Shown: positions 10,760 to 23,851, counted from the first letter of the stretch. The stretch: 64,000 bases of DNA from Candidatus Eiseniibacteriota bacterium (GCA_963776245.1 CAVZLN010000003.1:96001-160000), one strand, 5' to 3'. Numbers and translations: made by a program. Notes: generated by a model from the sequence alone, not told the origin.

Positions 10760-11541
10760 CGGTAAAGTGTCTTGACCCGCCCCCACGAGGGCAGCCGCGC
10801 CGGCACCGTCTCGCACGCCGGATTGCCGAACTGCCAGCTCACCTGCGACTCCAGTGAGTAGGGCGAGAGCACGACATCCCCGACGGCCGGCGGCCGGATG
10901 AGGCGCAGGCTCGTCACCACGAGCACGGTGCGCGTGCACCACCCCGCGCAGCCGGTGACACCCGTGGTGTTGACGTGCTTGATCGCGAGCGTGAACCCGT
11001 AGTACTCCGGCCCGGCTTCGACCGTCATGGGCTGGTCGGGCGCCACCTCAGCGGTGAGGACCCACTGCATGCGGGTGGAATCGGCGCCCACCGGCCACTG
11101 CGCCCGCTGCAGCACGAACGGGGTGGTGGTCCACGGGATGAGACACGCCGGGTTGGACGCGAAGGGCTCGAGGTAGAAGTTCGTCCCGACCTTCGCCCCC
11201 GACGGACGGCAGCCACTCGAGGACATCTGCCACCAGGGCTGGATCACGGGAAAGGTCGGTGGCGGTTCGCCGAAGGGATCGGCGACGCCGATGTACCCCA
11301 TGTGCAGGGCGACGATCGTGGCCTCGATCCCGAGCACCTGATCGAACGCCTCGGGCGCGGTGAACGACACCACCAGCACGTCGCTCCCGGTGTCAGTGTC
11401 GCCGGCGAAGTCGCGATTGCCGACTCCGCCGCCGGCCAGGCACTGGTCCCAGCGCAGGAAGACGTCGGCGCGCGCGGCGCCGGGCGGCGCCAACGCGCCG
11501 AGCAGGAGGACGAGAGCAGCGATCGAGCGGCGTGAGATCAT
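10756..11541 (-). CDS. Secreted Cys-containing protein with SWG-K-LYR C-terminal tail
   Basis: AAGGAG RBS, signal peptide MISRRSIAALVLLLGAL..ARA, ends CETVPARLPSWGRVKTLYR. Confidence 0.85.
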   Translation of the reverse strand: MISRRSIAALVLLLGALAPPGAARADVFLRWDQCLAGGGVGNRDFAGDTDTGSDVLVVSFTAPEAFDQVLGIEATIVALHMGYIGVADPFGEPPPTFPVIQPWWQMSSSGCRPSGAKVGTNFYLEPFASNPACLIPWTTTPFVLQRAQWPVGADSTRMQWVLTAEVAPDQPMTVEAGPEYYGFTLAIKHVNTTGVTGCAGWCTRTVLVVTSLRLIRPPAVGDVVLSPYSLESQVSWQFGNPACETVPARLPSWGRVKTLYR

Positions 11542-11737
11542 GGGGTTGCTCTCCTTACGCATCTCCGGGTGCCCCGAGTGTAGCGCCTCGCGCGCGGCCG
11601 GTCAGCGGGCATTCCCGTCCGCGGGCTCCCGTCCAAGGGGACCCCGGCTGCGACCCTGCCGCAGCGGCGGTGGAGTCGCCCCCGGGCCCGAGCCGGCCTA
11701 GACGCAAGCGCCCCCGGCCATTAGGCTCGCGCTTCTC

Positions 11738-13260
11738 ATGATCGCACCGGCCGTCTCCCTGCGCGGCATCAGCCGCCGCTTCGGCCCCGTGTACGCCAAC
11801 CGCGACGTGTCGCTGGACCTCGCCCCGGGCGAGATCCACGCGCTGGTGGGCGAGAACGGGGCCGGCAAGACCACGCTCATGCGCGTGCTCTACGGGCTGC
11901 TCAAGCCCGACGCGGGCACCGTCCAGCTCGACGGGCGCGCGGTGCACATCCCGAGCCCCGCGCACGCCATGCGGCTCGGGCTCGGCATGGTCCACCAGCA
12001 CTTCATGCTGGTGGACACGCTCACGGTGGCGGAGAACGTCACGCTCGGGCGCGAGCCCGCGGGCGCGCTCGGGGTCTACCGGCGCCGCGACGCCGAGCGC
12101 GTGGTGGCCGAACTGGCCGAGCGCCACCGCCTGCCGGTCGATCCGCGCGCGCTGGTGCGCACGCTCCCGGTGGGGACCCAGCAGCGCGTCGAGATCCTCA
12201 AGGCGCTCCACCATGGCGCGCGCGTGCTCATCCTCGACGAGCCCACCGCGGTGCTCACCCCGCACGAGGTGGACGAGTTGTTCGGGGTGCTGCGCGCGCT
12301 CCAGGCCGGGGGCACCACGATCGTGCTCATCACCCACAAGCTGGGCGAGGTGAAGGCGCTGGCGCAGCGCGTCACGGTGATGCGCGGCGGGCGCGTGGTG
12401 GGCGGCGGCGAGGTGGCCGGCCTGTCGGTGGGCGAGATCGCCACGCTCATGGTGGGCAAGCCGATCGCCGAGCTGAAGTCGCGGGACCCGCGCGCGCCGG
12501 GCGAGGTGGCGCTCGCGGTCCGCGACCTCGAGGTGCGCGACCACCGCGGCCTCCCCGCGGTGCGCGGGGTGTCGTTCGACGTGCGCCGCGGCGAGATCGT
12601 GGGGCTCGCGGGGGTCGAGGGCAACGGCCAGCACGAACTCATCGAGTGCCTCGCCGGACTGCGGCCGGCCGCGCGCGGCGCCGTGTCCATCGCCGGGCAC
12701 GCGGTGAGCGGGCGCTCGGCGCGCGAGCACCGCGCCGCGGGGCTCGCCCACATCCCCAGCGACCGGCTGCGCCGCGGGCTGGTGCCCGAGATGACGCTGG
12801 CCGAGAACCTGGCGCTCGGGCTGCAGCGCGACCGCTCGCTCGGCCGCGGGCCGATGCTCGAGCGCGCCGGCCTCGAGCGCCGCGCGCGCCCGCTGCTCGA
12901 GGGCTACGACGTGCGCCCGGCCGATCCGTCCGCGCGCGCCGCCGCGCTCTCGGGCGGCAACCAGCAGAAGCTCATCGCCGCGCGCGAGCTGTCGCGCGCC
13001 GTGCCGGTGGTGATCGCGGCGCATCCCACCCGCGGGGTGGACCTCGGCGCGGTGGCGTTCCTGCACCGCCGCCTGCTCGACGAGCGCGACGCGGGGCGCG
13101 CGGTGCTGCTGGTGTCGAGCGAGCTATCCGAGATCCTGGCGCTCAGCGACCGCGTGCTGGTGATCTACGAGGGGCGCATCGCGCTCGAGACCCGGCCCGC
13201 CGACACCGACGAGCGCTCACTCGGCCTGTGCATGACCGGGCGCGCCGCGGAGTCGCGGGC

Positions 13261-13264
<4 letters not shown>
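11738..13264 (+). CDS. Nucleoside/sugar ABC transporter ATP-binding protein (two ABC domains)
   Basis: GENGAGKTT, LDEPT, LSGGNQQK, HPTRGVD. Confidence 0.95.
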
Positions 13265-14339
<1,075 letters not shown>

Positions 14340-14340
<1 letters not shown>

Positions 14341-15248
14341 TGGAGCTGCTGCTGTTCGTCGCCGCCATGCTGCGCATCAGCGTGCCCTACACGCTGGCCG
14401 CCACCGGCGCCGCGTTCAGCGAGCGCGGCGGGGTGATCAACATCGGCCTCGAGGGCATCATGCTCAACGGCGCGCTGGCCTACGTGCTGGGCGCGCACTA
14501 CAGCGGCGACCCGTGGCTGGGGCTCGCCGCCGCGGTGCTGGCGGGGGTGCTCACCGCGGCGCTCCACGCGCTCGTGACGGTGGGCTTCCGCGCCGACCAG
14601 ATCACCAGCGGGCTGGGCATCAACCTGCTCGCCATGGGGCTCACCAAGTTCGTGCTCACCGGGGTGTTCCACTCGTCCTCGAACTCGAGCCGCGTGGTCG
14701 GCCTGCCGGAGTGGTCGCTGCTCGGGCTCGAGCGCATCCCGGCGCTCGGCGGGGTGCTCGGCACGCCGCTGGTGGTGGTGACCGTGGCGCTGGTGTTCGC
14801 GGCGCAGTGGGCGGTGTTCCGCTCGGTGTTCGGCCTGCGCCTGCGCAGTTGCGGCGAGCGCCCCGAGGCCGCGGCCACGCTCGGGCTCTCGGTGGCGATG
14901 CTGCGCACCCTCGGCGTGCTGGTGTCGGGCGCGTTCGCCGGGCTCGCGGGCGCGTGGCTCGCCAGCGAGCAGCACAGCTTCACCGACGGGATGACCGGCG
15001 GGCGCGGGTACATCGCCATGGCGGCGATGATCGTCGGCAAGTGGTCGCCGGCGGGCGCCGCCGCGGCCTGCCTGCTGTTCGGCGCCGCGGAGGCGCTCCA
15101 GATCCGCCTCCAGGGCTCGGGGTTCCCCAACGAGCTCTTGCAGATGCTGCCCTATCTCGTCACCATGCTCGCCCTCGCCGGATTCATCGGACGCGCGATC
15201 CCGCCGCGCTCGGTGGGCGTGCCCTACGACCCGGAGCATCACGGATGA
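14340..15248 (+). CDS. Nucleoside ABC transporter permease 2
   Basis: SERGGVINIGLEG, GERPEAA, GRGYIA, MLPYLVT. Confidence 0.92.
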
Positions 15249-16099
15249 ACGACCGACCGCCGCTCCCCAGCCACGACCTCGACGCCCGCGTCGCCGACGC
15301 GGTGCGCGCCATCCACGCGCGGACGGCGCTGCGCCCGCGCGCCGGGCTCACGCTCGGCTCGGGGCTGGGCGGCGCCATCGACGCGCTCGAGGACGCCACG
15401 GTGCTCGCCACCGCCGACCTGCCCCACTGGCCGCGCTCCACGGTGCACGGCCACACCGGGCGGCTCGGGCTCGGCACCTGGAAGGGCGTGCCGGTGGTGG
15501 CGCTGTCGGGGCGCAGCCACCGGTACGAGGGGTACACGCTCGACCAGGTCACCTTCGCGGTGCGCGTGATGCACGCGCTGGGCGCGCGGACCATGATCTT
15601 CACCAACGCGGTGGGCGCGATGAACCCGGAGTACCTCCCCGGCGACCTGATGGTCGCGACCGGGCACATCAACTTCATCGGCAAGCGCGGCGCGTTCACC
15701 GCCGCCGAGCTGCGCGAGCGCCGCGCCGGGCGCCGGGTGCGCGACTACTACACGCCGGTGCTGCGCGAGCGCCTGGTGGCGGCGGCGGCGCGCGCCGGGC
15801 TGCGGCTGCACCGCGGCACGCTGATGGGCGGGCTGGGGCCCACCTACGAGACCGCGGCCGAGGTGCGCATGGCGGGCTACCTCGGCGCCGACGTGGCGTG
15901 CATGAGCACGGTGCACGAGGTGATGGTGGCGGGCGAGCTGGGATGCGAGGCGGCGAGCCTGTCGTGCATCACCAACAAGGCGACCGGGCTGGCGGTCGAG
16001 CGCCTGACGCACGACGACGTGACCGTGGTCGCGAACCGCGTGGCGGTGGACCTGCGGCACATCCTCGACGAGTACTTCGCGGACATCGCGAAGAGCTGA
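15245..16099 (+). CDS. Purine nucleoside phosphorylase (trimeric family)
   Basis: LGSGLG, STVHGH, GRSHRYEG, GPTYET, MSTVHE, SCITN. Confidence 0.92.
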   Translation: MNDRPPLPSHDLDARVADAVRAIHARTALRPRAGLTLGSGLGGAIDALEDATVLATADLPHWPRSTVHGHTGRLGLGTWKGVPVVALSGRSHRYEGYTLDQVTFAVRVMHALGARTMIFTNAVGAMNPEYLPGDLMVATGHINFIGKRGAFTAAELRERRAGRRVRDYYTPVLRERLVAAAARAGLRLHRGTLMGGLGPTYETAAEVRMAGYLGADVACMSTVHEVMVAGELGCEAASLSCITNKATGLAVERLTHDDVTVVANRVAVDLRHILDEYFADIAKS

Positions 16100-16135
16100 G
16101 CGCCGCCGGGCGCCGGGCCCCCCGGCGCCGCGCGC

Positions 16136-18032
16136 CTACCGGACCAGCTCGACCCTCTCGACGCGGTCCCCCGGGACGATCCGCCACACCACGTCCAGCC
16201 CCCGGGTGACGCGCGCGAAGATGGTGTACCGGCCGTCGAGGTGCGGCTGCGGCGAGTGGGTGATGAACCACTGGCTGCCGCCGGTGTCCTTGCCCGAGAG
16301 CGCCATGCCCACCATGCCCGGCTCGTAGCGCAGGTGGTTGTACTCGCAGCGGATGGTGTAGCCCGGGCCGCCGGCGCCGGTGCCGGTGGGATCGCCGTCC
16401 TGGATCACGAAGTTGGGCACCACGCGATGGATGACGAGGCCGTCGAAGTAGCCGCGTGCCGCGAGGGCGGCGAAGTTGCGCACGGTCTGCGGCGCCTCGG
16501 CGCCGAAGAACTCCCACTCGATGTCCCCGCGCGCGGTGTGCAGCACCGCGCCGTGCACCGCGGGCGGATCGGCGAAGTCGGCGGCGTACGTGGCGGGCTG
16601 CGCGTTGAAGGCGGGGTGCGCGCGCTCCAGGCTGTCGGCGAAGGCGCGGCCGGCGAGTGAGCGCAGCGCGTCGCGGATCGAGATGCGCGCGTCGGCGTCG
16701 GCGCGGCCCGCCCACGCGGCGTACGCCGCGGTGAGCGCGGGCACGCTGGCGCTGTCGGCGAGCGTGCCGAGCGCCTCGGCGGCGCCCGCCACCGCGAGCA
16801 CGCTGGTGTCGGCGAGCACGGCGCGCAGCGCGGGCGCCGCGCCGCGCGCGCCGAGTGCGCCGAGCGCCTCTTCGGCCGCCATGCGCTCGGCCAGCGGATG
16901 GGACCGGGCGAGGCGCCCGAGCAGCACCGGCGTCACCTCCGGCGCGGGCAGCAGGCCGAGGTTGCGGATCGCCCCGGCGCGCGCCACCGGGTCGGGGTCG
17001 TCGAGCATCCACGCCAGGCCGGCGGAAGACCGCGCGTGGTGGATCAGCAGCGCGCGGGCGCACGCCACGCGCGTGGCGGCGTCGCCGTCGCGGGTGTGCG
17101 CGTCCAGCGAGTCGAACACCGCGGCGCGCGCGGCGCCATCGGCGGCGGCGAGCCAGAAGCGCTCCCCGAGCGCGGTGGCGGCGGTCACGCGCAGGTACGG
17201 GATGCGGGTGCGCCAGCGCCCGCGCGAGCGCCGGCCCGCACGTCGCGCACGTGCTGTCGGCGATCTGCTGGAGCGCGCGCACCGCGTTCACCCGCACGCC
17301 CAGGTCGTCCTCGCTGTCGAGCGTCTCGAGCAGGTAGGCCACGGCATGCGGCGACTTCTGGCGCCCGAGCGTGCGGGCGGCGTAGGCGCGCGCCGTGGGA
17401 TCGGCGTCCTTCAGGTGGAGCGCCACCACCATCACCACGCGCGCGGGTGCGACCACCTTCTCGAGCGCGTAGAGCACCCGCCAGCGCACCCCGGGGTCGG
17501 GGTCGTCGTGACGCTCGAGCAGCGCGCCGACGGCGCTCGAGTCCGCGAGCCGCCACAGCGCCACGGCGGCTTCCCCGCGCAGCCGCGGCGAGTCCGCGGC
17601 GAGGCGCTTCACCACCGCGGGCGTGGCCGCCTGGTCGCCGAGCTTGCCGAGCGCCTCGAGCGCGACCACGGCGAGGTCCTCATCGGCGCCGGCCGCCAGC
17701 CGCTCGAGCCCCGGCCGCGCCGAGCGATGGCCGATCTGCCCGAGCGCGAACGCGGTCTCGGAGCGCACCTCGCGGCTCGAGTCGCCGAGCAGCGGCAGCA
17801 GCGCGGGCACCGTGGTGCTGTCCTGCAGCCGCCCCACCGCGAGCACGGCGCGCGCCCGCACCGCGGCCGACACGTGCCGGAGCGCGCCCTGGAGCGTGGC
17901 GTCCCAGACGCGGCGGTCCTCGGCCAGCGCGATGTCGCGGCGCACCGACCGCTCGTCGTCGGGGATCCGCGGCGCGCCCGCCGCGCGGCCCGCGCCGGCC
18001 GCGAGCGCCAGCACCATCACCAGCGCGCCCAC
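16136..18032 (-). CDS. Exported HEAT-repeat protein fused to a cyclophilin PPIase (frameshift near 17195; start uncertain)
   Basis: HEAT repeats (AFALGQIG, ALEALGKLG, AARTLG) in one frame; HRVVPNFVIQDGDP, GMALSGKDTGGSQWFI in the next. Confidence 0.85.
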
Positions 18033-18057
18033 CGCCGCGCGCGCGCCGGCGCGCGCC

Positions 18058-21000
18058 TCAGGGCACCACGATGTCGTGGCGGATCGGCTTGCGGAGCTTG
18101 ACGATGCGCCCCTCGTAGGTGGCGCGGGCCGAGCCGTTGCTGGCCTCGAGATGGTAGAAGTAGATCCCGTTCGCAAGCTTGTCTCCCTCCGCGTCGCGGC
18201 CGTCCCAGACCAGCCGGTTGTAGCCGGGGGTCATCTGGGGCTGGAACTGACGGTACACCACGCGGCCGCTCACGGTGTACACGCGCACCAGCACGTCCGC
18301 CGGGCGCCCGCTCTCGAGGGTGAACGAGAAACTCGCGCCCCGCTCGTCGTCCAGCGGATTGGGGAACAGCAGGGCGTTGGAGATCCGCAGCTCGTTGCCG
18401 CTCACGGTGACGCTGAACGAGTGCCGGCCGCTCGACACGCCGTCGAGGAACAGCTCGACCACGTAGTCGCCGACCGCGAACGGATCGTGCGGCCACGACA
18501 GCACCCACTCGCGCCCCGACGGGTCGCTGGCCGCGGGCGTGGGGGTGACGGTCTGCGCGACGCCGTTCACCCGCACCACGAAGGAGTTCGCCGGATCGAG
18601 GACGGGCGCCGGCGAGGCCACGTCGAGGGTGAGCACCGCCGCGGGCGGCAGCTTGTCGCCGTCCGCCACCTGCGAGCCCGAGGACCGCAGCCGGGTCTCG
18701 AACGGGAGCACCACGTCGAACACGGAGGCCACGTTCTGGCGGTCGGTGCTCCGGAAGGTGTAGATGGTCGAGCGCGCGGTGAGCGTGTCGCGATAGGTGA
18801 CGCGGTAGCGCCGCCCGCCGAGCCCGCCGCGCGCGGTGTCGGGGAACGCGGGCGAGATGTCGTAGCGCGCCGGGTCGAGCGTGTCACGCACCCCCGCCAC
18901 CTGGCGTTCGACCTGGAGCTTCACCAGCGCCTGGTTCGAGATCAGATCGGCGACCACGCGCACGGTGTCGCCGGGCGTGTGCAGCTTCACCCCGACACCC
19001 GAGACCACCGCGAGGTCGTTGGCGGTCACGAACGACTGGGGCGTCGCGATCGAGATGCGCGTCGCCGGGTCGCCGAGCAGCTCGTAGGTGATGCCCACGT
19101 CGCGCTCGTAGGGGTTCCCGCTCACCTGGCGGTACGACTTCATGAGCGCCAGCGCGATGACGTCGCCGAGCACCGGGTGGGCGAACGGGTCGCCGGTCGC
19201 GCGCAGCGCGATCGAGGTGTCGGGCGGCACGCGCGAGAACAGCGCGCGCGCCAGCTCGAGGTTGATGTGGCTGGCCCCCGGCGAGCTCGACGGGACGATC
19301 TCGTAGCCGGTCGAGGCCCACGACGCGATGGCGCCCTTCGAGGGCACCACCACCAGTTCCTCGCCGATGCACGGGCCTTCTTCGGGGTTGTACTCCCAGC
19401 GGCGCGAGAAGTTGTTCGCGTGGCAGGAGAAGGCCGAGAACAGGAACGGCTTGCCGTCGTTCGCCAGCTCGGTCCAGTCGCCGCCGACGCCGCGGGTGTA
19501 GTACAGGTTCTCGTGCGTGAGCACGCCCTCGTTGGCGTGGCCCTGGTAGTTCCACCACAGCTTGCCCGCGCTCAGGCGGGTGCGCAGCTTGGGCCACACC
19601 GTCGCCCGGGTGTGGGTCTGGGTCGCGCCCCGGTCGGGCCGGCAGGTGTCGCCCAGGGAAGGCACCACCACGGCCTCTCCCGCGAGGTACTGCTGCAGGT
19701 CGAACACCTCGGCGCTGGATCGCGCGAGCCCGGCTTCGGTCAGGATGATGTCGCGGACGCGCTGATTGAGGGTGGAGAACACCGCCTCGTAGGCGTGCCG
19801 GCAGTAGGTCGGAGTGCTGGCGAGGTCGCCGAACCCGACGCCCGAGTACAGGTCGTCGGCGAGCAGCGTCATCTCGCTGCGCCAGGTCTGGTCCGGCGCC
19901 ACCACTTCGTAGGCCGCGAGCTTCTGCGCGACCGCCGCGGCCTCTGCCGCGCCGTTCACCGGCAGCCGCCCGACGAACACGTCGTGGAGCTTGGGCGCCC
20001 GCGTCGGATCGGTGCACGCCGGGTCCACGCACCAGCCGTACCACGCGTCGCTCGGCACGGTCTCGAGCGCGGTCTCGCCGGAGAATGTCACCGCGATCGG
20101 GCTCTGGATCATCATGGTGGGGAGCCACTCGTGGCTCGAGGTGCCGAACTTGTTCTGCGGGTCCTCGCCGCCCGCGTCCCCCATCAGCGTGACGTAGCGC
20201 GTGCCCCAGTTGGCGTAGGCGTACTTGATGAACCGCTTCACGGCATACGCCGAGGGACGCCCGCCGTTGAACTCGTCCTTGATGGACTCGTACGTGGCCA
20301 CCCGCACGTCGAGCCCCTGGGCGCGGCGCGCCTGCGCCAGCGGGGCGACCGAGCCCTCCCACGCGGCCGGCACCACCAGCAGGTAGTCGTGCGGGGTCGC
20401 CAGCTCGGTCAGCCGGCCGCGGGTCACCGCCGAGTACGCCTCGGGCGGCGCGAACCGCGGGCTGTCGAACACCACGTACTGGCGCGGCTGGCCGACGCCG
20501 GTGGAGTCCTGGAACTCGACGCTCCAGAGCCCCGCCGAGACGGTGATGCGCGACGGATCGATGTCGAGCCGCGTCGCGGCGGTGGAGTCGGTGACGTCCC
20601 ACACCTCGATCGCGTTGCTGCCGAAGCCGCTGGCCTTCACCTGATAGACGTCCGCGGCGCCGCCGCTGCCGCACGGCAGGTAGCCGCGGATGGGGCGGTA
20701 GGCGCGCCACAGCGTGACCTCGAAGTAATTGAGCGCGACCACCGCGCCCGGGTTGAGGCTCGGATCGGGCGGGCGATCGACGTTGCGGGCCCAGGCCGCG
20801 AGCGCGTTGGCGCCCTCGGTGAGCGCGGAGCCCGTCACGGTGCCCGACAGCGTGGCCGCCACCTTGCCGGTCCACCCCAGCGAATCCCCGACCGTGGTCC
20901 GCACCCCGAGGCCGTTGCGCACCGCGACCGAGACGTAGCGTCCGAGCGGCCGGCGGCCGATGAACTGGCCCTCGATGAGCACCCGCTGCGTGGTGTCGAG

Positions 21001-22290
21001 GTCGCTGGCGGTGATCGCGTAGGCGTCGGGGCGGTTGTAGTACGCCAGCACCGTGACCCAGTGGAACGGGTCCACCGTGGTGTCGGGCACGAACGCGAAG
21101 TAGTCGCGGTAGTCGGCCGAGTCCTGCTCGTAGTGGAGGGTCTGCGGGTAGGAGGCCAGCGGCGTGAGCCCGGCGGCGCCGCGCCATCCGGGCGACGGGC
21201 CGACCCGCAAGCCGGCCCGCGTGGTGAGCCGCGTCACGTAGACGTAGTCGGCATCGCCCCACATGCGCTGCCAGATCGAGGGCCGTGCGCGCTTCCCCCA
21301 GCTCTGCGCATACACGTAGATCAGGTCGCCGGAGTCGAACTTGCCGTTGCCGTTGCCGTCCTTCACCTCGCACGGCAGCTCGATCGTGACGTAGGGCGGC
21401 GTGGTGTTCTCCACGAACTCGTGGCGGTGCACGCTCACGTCGGCGATCGGCACATCCGCCGGGAAGCCCTGCAGGAACAGGTCGTCGTAGTTGAGGGCGA
21501 ACACCGAGGTGGAGTCCACCTTCACCCGCACCTCGGGCTGGTCCTCGTCGAACCCGAACGCTCCCGCCGCCGGCGCCGCGGCGAAGCTCGCGGAACGCGC
21601 CGGCGTGCGCCCCATGCGGAAGCGGCGGCCCTGCTCGGCGTTCAGGAGCGCGCCGTCGAGCGTGCCGTCCGGGCGCACGTCCTCCAGCAACGGCGCCCCG
21701 AGGGCGGTGGCCGCGCGGCCGCCGGTGAACGTGACACGCACCGTGATCGAGCGCCGGGCCCACAGCCGGCCGCTGGCCTCGTCGTAGCGGAACGGCGACA
21801 CGCGCACCGCCACCATGCGCTGGCGGCGCACCACGAACGGTTCGCCGACCTCGAGCGGGGAGCGCGGCCACGGTCCGTCGAGGATCGCGGGCACCTCCTC
21901 GAGCGTGGGCTGGGTGCCGAGCCCGTCCTCGTCGCGCTGCCATCCCGGTCGCCCGCCGGGCACCAGCGCGACGCCCTCGCGCACCTCCTCGTCGCCGGTG
22001 GCGATCACCACCGCGTCGGCGCGCGCGCCCGGCGGCAGCGCGATCAGCGTGCTGGCGGCGGGCAGCAGCGGCCGGCCGGGCTCGTCGTACCCCTCGAGGC
22101 CGTCCGCTTCGATGCGCGAGCGCCGGGCGAGCGAGTCGGGGACCAGCCGCCACCCGGCCAGTTCCACGCGGAAGGTGACCCCGCGGTCGTCCGACGCCAC
22201 CAGCCGCAGGGCCTCGGCGCGCGCGCACGGCGCGGCCAGGCTCAGGACGAGGGTGGCGGAGAGGGCGAGGGATCGGAGGCGAGCGCGCAT
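18058..22290 (-). CDS. C25 (gingipain/PorU-like) cysteine peptidase with FlgD-Ig/T9SS-like C-terminal domain
   Basis: Signal peptide; DYLLVVP, IKDEFNGG, YVTLMGD, SDAWYG, GRLPV, NYQGH (His), FSC (Cys), YELLGDP. CTD: FPNP..VYTVSGRVV..WDGRDAEGDKLANGIYFY. Confidence 0.88.
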   Translation of the reverse strand: MRARLRSLALSATLVLSLAAPCARAEALRLVASDDRGVTFRVELAGWRLVPDSLARRSRIEADGLEGYDEPGRPLLPAASTLIALPPGARADAVVIATGDEEVREGVALVPGGRPGWQRDEDGLGTQPTLEEVPAILDGPWPRSPLEVGEPFVVRRQRMVAVRVSPFRYDEASGRLWARRSITVRVTFTGGRAATALGAPLLEDVRPDGTLDGALLNAEQGRRFRMGRTPARSASFAAAPAAGAFGFDEDQPEVRVKVDSTSVFALNYDDLFLQGFPADVPIADVSVHRHEFVENTTPPYVTIELPCEVKDGNGNGKFDSGDLIYVYAQSWGKRARPSIWQRMWGDADYVYVTRLTTRAGLRVGPSPGWRGAAGLTPLASYPQTLHYEQDSADYRDYFAFVPDTTVDPFHWVTVLAYYNRPDAYAITASDLDTTQRVLIEGQFIGRRPLGRYVSVAVRNGLGVRTTVGDSLGWTGKVAATLSGTVTGSALTEGANALAAWARNVDRPPDPSLNPGAVVALNYFEVTLWRAYRPIRGYLPCGSGGAADVYQVKASGFGSNAIEVWDVTDSTAATRLDIDPSRITVSAGLWSVEFQDSTGVGQPRQYVVFDSPRFAPPEAYSAVTRGRLTELATPHDYLLVVPAAWEGSVAPLAQARRAQGLDVRVATYESIKDEFNGGRPSAYAVKRFIKYAYANWGTRYVTLMGDAGGEDPQNKFGTSSHEWLPTMMIQSPIAVTFSGETALETVPSDAWYGWCVDPACTDPTRAPKLHDVFVGRLPVNGAAEAAAVAQKLAAYEVVAPDQTWRSEMTLLADDLYSGVGFGDLASTPTYCRHAYEAVFSTLNQRVRDIILTEAGLARSSAEVFDLQQYLAGEAVVVPSLGDTCRPDRGATQTHTRATVWPKLRTRLSAGKLWWNYQGHANEGVLTHENLYYTRGVGGDWTELANDGKPFLFSAFSCHANNFSRRWEYNPEEGPCIGEELVVVPSKGAIASWASTGYEIVPSSSPGASHINLELARALFSRVPPDTSIALRATGDPFAHPVLGDVIALALMKSYRQVSGNPYERDVGITYELLGDPATRISIATPQSFVTANDLAVVSGVGVKLHTPGDTVRVVADLISNQALVKLQVERQVAGVRDTLDPARYDISPAFPDTARGGLGGRRYRVTYRDTLTARSTIYTFRSTDRQNVASVFDVVLPFETRLRSSGSQVADGDKLPPAAVLTLDVASPAPVLDPANSFVVRVNGVAQTVTPTPAASDPSGREWVLSWPHDPFAVGDYVVELFLDGVSSGRHSFSVTVSGNELRISNALLFPNPLDDERGASFSFTLESGRPADVLVRVYTVSGRVVYRQFQPQMTPGYNRLVWDGRDAEGDKLANGIYFYHLEASNGSARATYEGRIVKLRKPIRHDIVVP

Positions 22291-22477
22291 GAAGGTCCGC
22301 AGTCTAGGGAGGCGTGAGGAACCCGGTCAAGGACAGCGGCCGGGCGGAGTGTCGTGGCGCGGCGCGTGCCCGCGCCGGGCTCGTCGCGCGAGCCGTGCGC
22401 GCGCCGTCGCATGCCGCCTCGGGCGCTCTGCTAGAATGCCGCGCTTCGAGTCCCTCGCGCCCTTCGGAGGCTTCGGC

Positions 22478-23851
22478 ATGCGGCCCGTCGTGATCTTCCT
22501 CCTGCCGGCACTGGCGTTGGCCGCGTCACTCGCGGCCACCGGGGGCCCCGGCGCGGCGCCGCGGTCGGACGCACTCCGCGGCGGGCCGATGCCGGACAGC
22601 GTGCTGGCCTGGATCGGTTCCCGCCGCGAGGTGTCGCTCACCGCATTCCGTGAAGCCTGGAGGCTGGTCGCTCCTCCATCGCGACCTGACTCTCTGACCC
22701 CGCAGGGGGCCCGCCGGTTCCTCGAACTGCTGATCGACCGGGAGGCGCTGGCCGAATGGGCGCTCCGGGAGCCACCGGAGTGGACCGCAGAGGACAGCGC
22801 CGGGATGCAGGGCCTGCGCGACCAGCTCACCCTGCGGGCCACCCTCGACTCCACACTGGCCACCACGCGCGCCCGGCTGGGGGCGGCGGGGGACACCACC
22901 CGGGACCCCCAGGCCGTGGGCGTGGCGGCGCGGGAGAGCCTGCTGGCGCGACTCGACCCGCGGTGGGACGAGGAGGGGCTCGAACGGCTGGCGGCGGCGT
23001 TCGGCGACCTGCCCCGGCCCACCGCCGATTCGAGCGTGGGGGCCCAGCTCCGCATGGCCGCGGCGCTGCCGCGCTGCTCCCCCGCCGACAGCGCGCGGGT
23101 GCTGGTGACCACCACCGCGGGCCCGTACCGCACCGGAGAGCTGCTGGCGTGGTGGGCGCGGCTCGACCCGCTGGTGCGCCCGCGCATCGCGACCGGCGCG
23201 CAGGTGCGCGACCTGGCGGCGAACGCGCTGTTCGAGCGGGCGCTGCGGAGCGCCGCCACGCGCGAGGGCCTCGAGCGGCGCCCCGACATCGCCGCCGCGC
23301 TGGCGCGCCAGCGCGAGCTCATCGCCGTGCGGCACCTGGTGGCGCGCGAGGTGGTCGGGCGCATCGCGCTGGATTCGGCGACGGTGCGCCGCCACTACGA
23401 CCGGCACACGGCGGACTTCGGGCTGCCGCTGCGCGTGCGCGTCATGCGGCTGGTGCTCGACGACCGCCGCGGCGCCACCGAGATGGCGCTGCAACTGCGC
23501 TCCGAAGCCAGCGCCGAGAGCCTGCTGGCGCGCGCCGCGCGCCGCCGGGTGCGCTACGACGAGGAACTGACCGCCGCGCGCGACTCGGCGCTGTGCGCGC
23601 GCGCGCTGCGCGCCGGGACCCGGCGCCGTGCTGGGGCCCGACGAGACTCCGTCGGGATGGCAGGTGGTGCGGGTGCGCGCGGTGCTGCCGGCGCGCCGGC
23701 TGATCCTTCGAGGAGGCGCGCGCACAGGTGGAGGACGACTGGTACACGCGCGAGAGCGAGCGCCTGATGGCCGGACTGCTCGAGCGCTGCCGGCGCGCGA
23801 TGGCGGTCCGCGTCAACCCGCGGGCGCTGCGAGTCTTGACCTCGCCCGTGA
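22478..23851 (+). CDS. SurA/PpiC-like periplasmic chaperone/PPIase (frameshifted near 23620-23710; end approximate)
   Basis: Signal peptide; FLELLIDREALA, ATREGLERRPDI, VRRHYD..F..P.RVRV, GPDETPSGWQVVRV, FEEARAQVEDDW. Confidence 0.65.

Noticed and set aside
17623..22317. 1564-aa plus-strand ORF and many similar long overlapping ORFs
   Set aside because: Antisense or off-frame shadows of real genes in high-GC DNA, with no recognisable motifs.
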